A stretch of DNA of 52,987 bases from an uncultured bacterium (GTDB taxonomy: Bacteria > Latescibacterota > CAZTBA01), in the NCBI GenBank assembly GCA_964611725.1, contig CAZTBA010000002.1:1-52987 (forward strand). Reading direction: 5' to 3'. Within the stretch, counting starts at the first letter, position 1; each line of letters starts with the position of its first letter. Below, one piece after another: positions 33,196-41,419 of the stretch. A program made the position numbers and the translations under genes. The notes under the pieces are model-generated. The model was not told the origin of the DNA. It ran no database searches and worked only from the letters and a program-made list of their open reading frames with translations.

Positions 33196-34956
33196 TCACC
33201 TCAGGAAGTCCGAGAATTCGGTCACTTCGAGTATCTCACCAAGCTTGCTGAAGGTTATCTTCTTCCTTCCAAGTACCTGCTCGACCTTCATAACCCTCTC
33301 GAATTCCCTGAGGCCCTTGGCACCGAGGACCTTCTCGACAATGCTTATATCTATCTCACTATCCTCCCTGATCTCACCATAACCCAGGAAACTTATGACC
33401 GAGGATACGAGCCCAAGTATCAGCCCTATGGGGTCCTCTTTGAGCGCCTTTTCGCCGGTCTCTTCGAGGAAAGACCTCATTGTCTCGCTGTCTATGCTGT
33501 TATCTGACTTGAAATAAGATTGAAGGCCATTTATATATGGTCTTCCAACCCCAAGGTGTTTAAAGAGTGACAGGGCTTCATCCTTGCTCACCAAGTCCCT
33601 GTCTCTGAACATCAGATCGGGGACCATCTCAGAGAGGTTAATCCTGAGGTTTATTCCGAGTTCGAGGTCCTCTCTGATCATGGTAGCTATCTGTTCTCTC
33701 GAGAGCCTGAAGGTGCCCTTGAGGAGCTCATCAACCTCTTCCAGAAGTGGCTTCACATCGTGATGGTTGTAGTTGAGATCAGATATCGAGAGCCTCCTCT
33801 CCCTCTCGGTCTCCACGAGGGAATCGACAAAAGATTCGATCTTCCGGAAAATTAGCGGATCAAGCCCCGAGTTTTTCAGCTCCCTGAACTCCAAAGAGTC
33901 GCTGTCATCCATAAGGTTCGAAACAAAAAGGTCTGTTATCTCCCTATCCACAGAGATAAGCTTTTGGGATTCTACCGACTGCCCTCCTGAAGTCACAGAG
34001 TCCTGGGCATAGGATGGGGCTTCCCGATTCATTCTCGAAGCGATCATCGACAGGACCTCGGATGCCCCTATACCGAGCATCCTTTGCCCGAGCATATGGC
34101 CGAGCTGGGGGGCATCTTCAGGAAGTCCAACCATATTCTGCCTTACGGCCATCCTTCCATCATGGCTCAATACCACAGCGTCAAGGAAGAGGTTAGGGCC
34201 TTCAATCTTCGCCCAGGCCCCGATCGGCATCTCCAGGCTTCCTCCGAGAGCGTTCAGAAACTCATGCTCAGCCACGAGCGAAAGCCTTGTGTTACCATCA
34301 TCGAGAAGGGAGAGGAATTCCGCCGTTTCCTTGTCATCCTCCCTCACCTCGAGTATTACAGCCCCCTGGCCTGGACTCGGAAGCGAGATCTTGAACGGGA
34401 GGTAGTCTGCCACCCATTCGTCCCATTCCATTAACTCTACATCGGCTGCGGCAAGTACCAGGGCACTTAGCCGCCCGGACTTGAGTTGGCTGAGAAAGAG
34501 CGGGAAATCGCCCTGGAGGTCTATAACACCGAGATCCTGCCTTATCCTCAGGACCTGGGCCTTTCTGAGAATGCCGCATGTCCCGACCTTTGCCCTTCTC
34601 GGAAGCTTCGATATATCCTTGCAGTCTGAAGAGAGGAGAACGTTCCTCACATCCTTCCTTTCGAGGACAGCAGCCATGCGAACCCCGTCGGACATGGAGA
34701 AAGGAAGTTTATCAGCGCTCTGTATCACGGTATTTACGTTACCGCTTAAAAGCTCCTTCCTAATCTCAATGGCCAGGGCGTTTTCCTCTTTAATCTGACC
34801 CAATGATGTAGCTGCGGTAGCCTCTTCCGGGAGATCTACGACCTTAAAATTGACCCGGGTTTCCCTGTCGAGTTTCAGGATCTCCCCTTTAACCCAGTTG
34901 GCCCACCTTAGGGCAAGCTCCCCGGCCTGTATTCCAATTGCGATTTCCCTCGCCAT
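33196..34956 (-). CDS. Degenerate HemC (hydroxymethylbilane synthase)-like domain fused to an unknown helical C-terminal domain
   Basis: N-terminal ~305 aa follow the HemC motif order (LPSPGQG, AE..FL..LGG...PIG) but catalytic residues are replaced. Confidence 0.8.
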   Translation of the reverse strand: MAREIAIGIQAGELALRWANWVKGEILKLDRETRVNFKVVDLPEEATAATSLGQIKEENALAIEIRKELLSGNVNTVIQSADKLPFSMSDGVRMAAVLERKDVRNVLLSSDCKDISKLPRRAKVGTCGILRKAQVLRIRQDLGVIDLQGDFPLFLSQLKSGRLSALVLAAADVELMEWDEWVADYLPFKISLPSPGQGAVILEVREDDKETAEFLSLLDDGNTRLSLVAEHEFLNALGGSLEMPIGAWAKIEGPNLFLDAVVLSHDGRMAVRQNMVGLPEDAPQLGHMLGQRMLGIGASEVLSMIASRMNREAPSYAQDSVTSGGQSVESQKLISVDREITDLFVSNLMDDSDSLEFRELKNSGLDPLIFRKIESFVDSLVETERERRLSISDLNYNHHDVKPLLEEVDELLKGTFRLSREQIATMIREDLELGINLRINLSEMVPDLMFRDRDLVSKDEALSLFKHLGVGRPYINGLQSYFKSDNSIDSETMRSFLEETGEKALKEDPIGLILGLVSSVISFLGYGEIREDSEIDISIVEKVLGAKGLREFERVMKVEQVLGRKKITFSKLGEILEVTEFSDFLR

Positions 34957-35174
34957 TTATGTAGACATATCCTCCATTACACTATATAGCAGATTTATAC
35001 CAATTCCCGGATGAGAAAGTGCATAGATTGCATCTCTGGCTGCCTACCGAAACCTTGTTAATTCAGTTTATGCACTCCCTGATTAGGGAATCGGTACTAG
35101 CAATGAATTCAAACAAATCCTGAAAATGTGACACCGATGAGCCAAAATCATACCATTCAGACCGACAGGTTCGC

Positions 35175-35702
35175 CTATCTGAGAGGAGGCGGAACTTTCC
35201 CACTTCTGCGCAGATGTTTCAGGAGAAGCTCCCTGTCAGAATCGGATATTTCGGTGAAACAGAGCCCAACATCGAAACTGCAACGGCCAAGTTGCGTTGC
35301 GTGAACGACACGGACCTTTGCCACCACAATGCTATCGCCCATAGCCAATTCGATCCTCAGGATATCGCCAGGAGCAAAAGGCCTGCTGGTCTCGATCTTA
35401 AGGCCGCTCAGGCTCATATCGATAGTCCTGGCCATACGCGCACCCTCGCCCGAGATATTCTCGTCTATGAGGGAATATGAAACCAGGTTCAGGGAGTCGA
35501 GCCTTGGATACGCGCGGCGCTCCATCCACTTCATCTCAGCCAGTGCAGGCTTCATGGCATCCAGGTCCTCCTTGTTGAATTTGCTGATACCTTCCTCGAA
35601 AACGCTCGGAACACTTTTGTCCCTGACGAGATCAAGGAAAAGGCGCAGGTCGAGGTTGAGGTATTCCGCAGCTTCGTCGGCGCTAAGAAGTTCGTCGGAC
35701 AC
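35175..35702 (-). CDS. Excisionase-like HTH plus PilZ domain protein
   Basis: LLSADEAAEYL HTH_17-like start; RRAYPR (RxxxR) and DMSLSG (DxSxxG); GLCF strand. Confidence 0.85.
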   Translation of the reverse strand: MSDELLSADEAAEYLNLDLRLFLDLVRDKSVPSVFEEGISKFNKEDLDAMKPALAEMKWMERRAYPRLDSLNLVSYSLIDENISGEGARMARTIDMSLSGLKIETSRPFAPGDILRIELAMGDSIVVAKVRVVHATQLGRCSFDVGLCFTEISDSDRELLLKHLRRSGKVPPPLR

Positions 35703-35790
35703 GGTTTAGCTCCTTTCATTTAAACAATCCGCCAAACTGTGAAGTAAAAATAACAAATTTCGTGCTTTCAGAAAACAAAAATCTTACCTC

Positions 35791-36867
35791 CTACAAGCTA
35801 CAGTCCAAAACAACTTTGATCGCCCGGTACTCCGATTTTTTCAGTGCGATTCCAAAGGCCCTTTTGGCATCCCCGAGCGGTACCACATGTGTTATCATAT
35901 GTCTCACAGAGACCCTTCCCGAGGATACGAGATCGATAGCCATCTGGAAGTCCGCATAGAGGGAGTTGGCCGAAGTGGATACCGATCTCTCGCCGCTTAT
36001 GAGAGAGGTGGGCAAAGATAGCTTTTCTTCCTTTGTCGCCATAAGGATAAGCCTCCCACCGCGTGACAGAGAGCTTAAAGCTACGTTCATCGTATCCTGC
36101 GAACCCACAGTGTCGAAGAAAACATCGGCACCATGTCCCCCTGTAATGGACATTATTTCATCCTGAACATCGGCCTTACCCGGGTTGAGGATGACATCCG
36201 CCCCTGTCTCAGAGGCTACCGCGAGCGCCCCTTCAGATATATCAACACAGATAATCCTCCTCGCCCCGAAGGCCCTCGAAACCTGGAGGATAAGCAACCC
36301 TATGGCTCCGGAACCGAATATAGCTACGTCCTCGGCCGGTCTGAGCCCTGCTTTGTGGACCGCTCTCACGGCAACGGCAAGGCCATCCAGAAGTGTCGCC
36401 TCCTCGAAGGATATCTCATCAGGCAGCGCGTATGCGAGGTCCGAGAAGACCGCACAGTACTGCGCCATGCCTCCCGGGTAAAAATCCATCTCCCCCCAGC
36501 CCGCACCGTGGCCGTAGTGTATAGTGTTGGCACATAGGTTCTCCATCCCTCGCCTGCAGTACCTACATTTCCCACATCCCCTGAAAGCAAGTACTACCAC
36601 CCTTTCGCCCACACGCCCCTTGAACTCACCCGCGGCATCCACTATCTCCCCGGAGAATTCATGCCCCAGGACCATATTGGGAGGATTTTTGGACTCAACG
36701 CCCAGTGTCTGTTTCGCCCACGGGTTCTCACCCTTGTAATATCTGAGATCACTTCCACATATCCCGCACTTATCAACTTTCACAAGTACCTGTTTCCCCT
36801 GTAGTTTGGGATCAGGTATGTCGAGAACTTCCAGATCGTTCGCCTTCCTAAGGACAACGGCTTTCAT
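35791..36867 (-). CDS. Zn-dependent medium-chain (sugar/polyol) dehydrogenase
   Basis: CGICGSD, GHE, CGKCRYC...C, GSGAIG. Confidence 0.92.
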   Translation of the reverse strand: MKAVVLRKANDLEVLDIPDPKLQGKQVLVKVDKCGICGSDLRYYKGENPWAKQTLGVESKNPPNMVLGHEFSGEIVDAAGEFKGRVGERVVVLAFRGCGKCRYCRRGMENLCANTIHYGHGAGWGEMDFYPGGMAQYCAVFSDLAYALPDEISFEEATLLDGLAVAVRAVHKAGLRPAEDVAIFGSGAIGLLILQVSRAFGARRIICVDISEGALAVASETGADVILNPGKADVQDEIMSITGGHGADVFFDTVGSQDTMNVALSSLSRGGRLILMATKEEKLSLPTSLISGERSVSTSANSLYADFQMAIDLVSSGRVSVRHMITHVVPLGDAKRAFGIALKKSEYRAIKVVLDCSL

Positions 36868-36891
36868 CCTTCCTCCACATTTTGTAAGTGT

Positions 36892-36947
36892 TCAGCCATC
36901 AGCTTCTGACTACTGCCGATAGCTGACCGCCTAATGCCTACCGCATC
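36892..36947 (-). repeat. Degenerate 7-nt periodic repeat forming a hairpin
   Basis: tcagcca tcagctt ctgacta ctgccga tagctga ccgccta atgccta ccgcatc; 12-bp stem on the minus strand. Confidence 0.5.
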
Positions 36948-36955
36948 TCTAAAGG

Positions 36956-37825
36956 TCAACTATACTTAGCGATCATATCCTCGATGTAATATCTGCTCTC
37001 TATCAGGCTGCTCTCCGGATCATCTACCTCAAGCTCAAGCTCCAGAAGCCCGCTATAGTCCAAATCTGCCAGGAATTCAAAAAGGGGTTCGAACTCGACG
37101 ATACCTCTCGTCAATGAGATGCCACCACGCCAGTCCTGTCCCCTCACATCATGGATATGGATGAGGTGTATCTTTGAGCCGAGCACCATAGCCAGGCGCA
37201 TTAGAACCCTGTTGAAAGCCTTATCTCCCTCCGGAGAGGAAAGGGCTTTCCCCGGGACATACGGCAGTATCCTCCCTATATCAAGTGTTGCCCCTACAGA
37301 GTCATGATTGATCTCCAGGAAAAGCTCGGTATACCTCTCGAACGTGTCCGGGAAGCCTGTCTCTATGCCAAGCTTTAAGCCACACCCGGAAGCGAAATCC
37401 CCGAGGAGCCTGAAAGTTTGAACTATCTCCTCCCAGTACTCGATTATTTCGAAAAACGGCTTGGGGTTTGCACGCACGGTCACCACCTCTGCTCCGAAAA
37501 ACCAGGCTGCCTCTATCGCCACCCTGATTTGATTCATCGCCTCTCCCCTTACTCCATCATTGTAGGTGAAAAGGGGAAGGTCCTCCGACGGAGCCTGAAC
37601 CGATATATGACTGAAATCCTCAAGCCAGCCCTTGACCTCGTCCATCTGCTCTTCGGTGAGACTGTCGAACCAGAAACCCGGAAGGTAGCCGGAGCCGTTT
37701 CTGGCACCATTGAATGCCAGTAGACCTATCGAATCGAAGCCGATCCGCCTGATACCGGATATGGCATCTTTAAGGGACACGTTCACCATAGAGGAGACAC
37801 TGACAGATATCTTCGAAGGATCCAT
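36956..37825 (-). CDS. Sugar phosphate isomerase/epimerase (xylose isomerase-like TIM barrel)
   Basis: GIET, LDIG, HIHD, LELE metal-site pattern. Confidence 0.8.
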   Translation of the reverse strand: MDPSKISVSVSSMVNVSLKDAISGIRRIGFDSIGLLAFNGARNGSGYLPGFWFDSLTEEQMDEVKGWLEDFSHISVQAPSEDLPLFTYNDGVRGEAMNQIRVAIEAAWFFGAEVVTVRANPKPFFEIIEYWEEIVQTFRLLGDFASGCGLKLGIETGFPDTFERYTELFLEINHDSVGATLDIGRILPYVPGKALSSPEGDKAFNRVLMRLAMVLGSKIHLIHIHDVRGQDWRGGISLTRGIVEFEPLFEFLADLDYSGLLELELEVDDPESSLIESRYYIEDMIAKYS

Positions 37826-37829
37826 AACA

Positions 37830-38564
37830 TTACCCCAGCTTATTGGAGCCGCTTTTGGAAGCCATCATATTAGCTTCGAGGTAAGAGTCTATGCTCTCTC
37901 CGGCGTCCGCCCACCATCCTTCGAGCACCTCGAAGCTCATCCTTCCCGCCTCTATGTAAAAGTTGTTGACATCGGTTATCTCGAGCTCACCCCTCGCTGA
38001 GGGCTCCAATGTCCTTATCACATCGAAGACCTTGGAATCGTACATGTATATCCCTATAACCGCATAATTACTCTTCGGATGCTCCGGCTTTTCCTCTATC
38101 TTCAATATTCTGTCACCCTCTATAACGGGAACTCCGTAGCTGCTTGGATTTTTCACTTCCTTGAGGATTATCTTCGCCCCGCTTTTCTGCTTCCTGAAAG
38201 ATTCAACCGCTTTGCATATGTTCCCTTCTATTATATTGTCACCCAGCATGACGGCAATCTTCTGTCCTGCGCAGAAGTGCTCCGCAAGCCCAAGTGCCTC
38301 GGCTATACCTCCAGCATGTTCCTGATACGTATAGTTGAGGTGCTTCAGCCCAAATTCCCTGCCGTTCCCAAGCAGCCTGAGGAAATCACCCGCACTCTCG
38401 CCTCCCGTTACCACCATTATGTCCTCTATTCCCGCGTTCACGAGGGTCTGGATCGGGTAATAGATCATCGGCTTATCATATATCGGGAGGAGATGCTTGT
38501 TAGTGATTTTCGTCAAATAACGAAGTCTGGAGCCAGTTCCACCTGCAAGAACTACTCCTTTCAT
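37830..38564 (-). CDS. Sugar-1-phosphate nucleotidyltransferase (short RmlA/SpsI-like)
   Basis: GVVLAGGTGSRL, NKHLLPIYDKPMIYYP, EEKP, RGELEITD. Confidence 0.93.
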   Translation of the reverse strand: MKGVVLAGGTGSRLRYLTKITNKHLLPIYDKPMIYYPIQTLVNAGIEDIMVVTGGESAGDFLRLLGNGREFGLKHLNYTYQEHAGGIAEALGLAEHFCAGQKIAVMLGDNIIEGNICKAVESFRKQKSGAKIILKEVKNPSSYGVPVIEGDRILKIEEKPEHPKSNYAVIGIYMYDSKVFDVIRTLEPSARGELEITDVNNFYIEAGRMSFEVLEGWWADAGESIDSYLEANMMASKSGSNKLG

Positions 38565-39052
38565 GTCCGACCTCCTCTCATTATAAGGGATCTACCTTCA
38601 GCAGTTATCCTTCCGAAATTCTGAACTATACCTCCCGCTTCCTCCTCGGCCCTGATCGCAACGACCCTATCTATAGACCTCGAAAAACTGAGCTGCCACA
38701 GCTCTTCCCTGTCGAGGAACCTGAAAGATCCGTCCGGAAAAAACCAGACGTCGATCACCAGATCGAGATATTCCAAAGATGCCTTCCCTATACACGGCGG
38801 GCTACATATGTGGAAATAGTAGCCCCTCAGTTTACGGTCCGGACCGTACATCTCCCACATTATGTAACCCTTACCGGACCAATAACACCCCAGGGTTAGC
38901 GAGCCGGCAGGGAGTATGAGACCGTCAAAGATACTGTAGTCGCGGTCGGTCAGGTAGCTCAGGACCGCGCGCCAGCTATCCCTCCATATAAGGTTACATA
39001 TATAAACCTCGTCTTGCTTGGCTATGTTGTGCTTTATCTCACTGAATTCCAA
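38561..39052 (-). CDS. DUF402 family (Ntdp/FomD-like nucleotide hydrolase)
   Basis: GYYFHI...YLDLVIDVW.FPDG...LDREEL pattern. Confidence 0.78.
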   Translation of the reverse strand: MEFSEIKHNIAKQDEVYICNLIWRDSWRAVLSYLTDRDYSIFDGLILPAGSLTLGCYWSGKGYIMWEMYGPDRKLRGYYFHICSPPCIGKASLEYLDLVIDVWFFPDGSFRFLDREELWQLSFSRSIDRVVAIRAEEEAGGIVQNFGRITAEGRSLIMRGGRT

Positions 39053-41245
39053 TTAACCCTCCAGAACGACGATATCGTAAAACTCAAGCTCGGGCAAAAC
39101 GAAACTTGCCCTCCCATCCGCAAGCTTATCCAAAGCTATCTCACTGTCCAGCCTCAGGGAATAGGCCCTTTGAGCCGGGAGTTTGAGCCCTATGTTGACT
39201 GATATATCTTTTAACGGGAAGATACGGGTCAAAGGTCTCTGCATATCCCCGGAGCAGTTGACAATATGCACAACTGTTCGCCCCCTATCCTTCTGTAGAC
39301 GTACCTCAATCGCGACGGTCGGAGGAGCATCTATCCTTATCGGTGCCTCGCCGCCGAGCGCCCAGACAGCGGAGCTGGCGATGAGTCTTTCGTGATCCTC
39401 CATCTTATATCTGGAGTAGCTTTCCCCAAGCAGGAAGGCAAAATAGATCGCCCTACCACCGCCAAAGCGGTTTGCAAGAACCGCAGGAATGCCCGAATCT
39501 CTCCCGAGAGGGGAATAGAGCTTACCCACGGGCTCCATGAAGTTTATAATGGGCTCAGCCTCACCATTTCTCTCGACTTCAAGGGAGAAGGTCGGTCTTG
39601 GGATAAGCGTCCCTGGAGCCCATAGATCCGTAACCGGGTGTTCCCCTACAACCTTAAGGTATTCCTCGCCGCTTCTCGGGGTCATACCCCCGTTTATTCG
39701 CTTGATTCCTACCAGATCCCAGATCGGTGACACTTCCCTGCCTCCACCCGTTCCATCGTAACATCCGGCCTCAAATGACGTCACAAGCCCACCGCCGTTG
39801 CCGACAAAATCCCTTATCGCATCGCCCTGTACCTCATCCAAACACGCACAGTTGGGCGCTATGAGTAGTCCATATCTCTTAAGGCGCTCCAGGGTGAGAT
39901 CCCTGTCCAGTATCACATCAAAGGGTATATGGTTCCTCTCAAGGGCCAGGTAGTATCCCTTGTAAGTATCATCATGTATCGAATCACATATGGACTTCCT
40001 TTTAGCCCAGTCTACCACGAGCTCTCCCGTACCTATGTCAGCGACCAGATCCGCCTCTTTACCCGTGCCAGTGTCCCTGTAGATGTCTGTAAGTGAAGAT
40101 ACATAGAAGTGTGATTCCTGACTTGAGGCTAAAACGGCAACCTCTGCCCCCGATTCAGTGTCCTCCAAATAATCCTCAGCATTTTCCAGAAATCCGAATA
40201 TCTCCTTTACAGGTTCAAGCGCATCATGAAACCGATTTTCGAGGGAGTAGTTGAAAACCGCAAACCAGGGATTTGCGCCACTGGAAGCTGTCTGTGCGAC
40301 CGAGAGCTTGAGCTCCAAGGGGGGCAGCGGCAGGTAATGCCAGGCTCCCAGGGCATGGTGCAGGAATACCATGCCAGGCTTTCCGCCGGCAGAAAGGTAT
40401 TTGCCGGTCATCCCGGCGAAGTGGAGGTTGTGGTCGTAGGGCCCCGGATGAAAGAACGCCTCTGCGCCATTTATGTCCTGAAACTTGCCGAGCTTCTGAA
40501 CGTCCCTGGCCACCTTCCACCCCTCCGAACGCCAGCTTCCACCGTTAAGATATACGACCGCATCGGGATTTACACCTTTGACCGTATCGCGGGCATCCTT
40601 AATGAAGGAAGCCATCGAATCGCCCCTGAAGGCCACAAACTTCTTCCAGAGCGGGTCCGACCAGTTCTCCCGGGAAGGTATATCGCTTCCTGTCCTCTCC
40701 CTGAATCTCTCGGAACAGTGCTGGCAGTAACAACAACCCGGATAGACCACAGGCCCATCGAGGAAAACCCCGTCTATCCCCGTCCGCATCGCCTCCCTCA
40801 TCATCCCAAGTGCCCAATCCCGCCAGGGCGAGTTGATACAGAAGGTCGTGCCGCCTCCATATAGAGGTCTTTTCCGGCCGTAGCTTTCACCATCGGATGT
40901 CACCTGTTCCCAGCCGGGATGTTTCTTGGCAAACTCGAAGGAATACCAGTGCATGTTGAGGTATGCAAGGAGGCGTATGTCGTACCTTCTGGCGCATGGG
41001 AGGTACTCCCTTATGAGGTCAAAATCCCCCAGCAGAGGGTACTTCTCATATCCCGGTGCATCGAAGGTCACGTAATATCCGAGTCCCGGCGCAGCTCCAA
41101 GTGAGCCTATGATCCACTCGACATTGATATGCCAGTCGTACCTCTTGGAACGTGCGAGGCCATCGAGATCTGCCTCTCTGATCTTGACGAGATCGGACAG
41201 GTAGTCGAGCCTCATAACCCTCATCGGTTTCTCCCACCATCCCAT
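39053..41245 (-). CDS. Putative glycoside hydrolase (GHL6/GH42-like barrel plus beta-galactosidase trimerisation domain)
   Basis: HPGWEQ, DGVFLD, CCYCQHC, IPFDVI...LIAPN...FVGNGGGL. Confidence 0.7.
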   Translation of the reverse strand: MGWWEKPMRVMRLDYLSDLVKIREADLDGLARSKRYDWHINVEWIIGSLGAAPGLGYYVTFDAPGYEKYPLLGDFDLIREYLPCARRYDIRLLAYLNMHWYSFEFAKKHPGWEQVTSDGESYGRKRPLYGGGTTFCINSPWRDWALGMMREAMRTGIDGVFLDGPVVYPGCCYCQHCSERFRERTGSDIPSRENWSDPLWKKFVAFRGDSMASFIKDARDTVKGVNPDAVVYLNGGSWRSEGWKVARDVQKLGKFQDINGAEAFFHPGPYDHNLHFAGMTGKYLSAGGKPGMVFLHHALGAWHYLPLPPLELKLSVAQTASSGANPWFAVFNYSLENRFHDALEPVKEIFGFLENAEDYLEDTESGAEVAVLASSQESHFYVSSLTDIYRDTGTGKEADLVADIGTGELVVDWAKRKSICDSIHDDTYKGYYLALERNHIPFDVILDRDLTLERLKRYGLLIAPNCACLDEVQGDAIRDFVGNGGGLVTSFEAGCYDGTGGGREVSPIWDLVGIKRINGGMTPRSGEEYLKVVGEHPVTDLWAPGTLIPRPTFSLEVERNGEAEPIINFMEPVGKLYSPLGRDSGIPAVLANRFGGGRAIYFAFLLGESYSRYKMEDHERLIASSAVWALGGEAPIRIDAPPTVAIEVRLQKDRGRTVVHIVNCSGDMQRPLTRIFPLKDISVNIGLKLPAQRAYSLRLDSEIALDKLADGRASFVLPELEFYDIVVLEG

Positions 41246-41276
41246 AACAATCTCCCTTATCTCTGATTTTTCCTAA

Positions 41277-41305
41277 ATCTTACAAAATATAGTATCCTTT
41301 GTCAA
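41277..41305 (-). promoter_or_regulatory. Sigma70-type promoter for the sugar operon
   Basis: Minus strand TTGACA-N17-TAAGAT. Confidence 0.75.
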
Positions 41306-41334
41306 ATGTATTTTACCCGGCAGCAATTTTTCCA

Positions 41335-41363
41335 TTGACATTAAGACTCCTTAGTATTACTTT
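41335..41363 (+). promoter_or_regulatory. Sigma70-type promoter for the TonB receptor operon
   Basis: TTGACA-N17-TACTTT. Confidence 0.7.
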
Positions 41364-41382
41364 TCTAAAAATCGTATTACTA
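41352..41382. promoter_or_regulatory. NikR-like operator
   Basis: TAGTATTAC-N13-GTATTACTA dyad (one mismatch) overlapping the -10 box. Confidence 0.6.
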
Positions 41383-41419
41383 AACCTTTGGGGTTCTGCT
41401 AACAGAGGAGGAGATAATC

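Noticed and set aside
35030-35065. Resemblance to SRP RNA domain IV (CAAGG...GCAGCC on the minus strand)
   Set aside because: No GNRA tetraloop or proper closing stem
41246-41419. Cobalamin riboswitch before the BtuB-like receptor
   Set aside because: Leader is too short and AT-rich, with no B12-box
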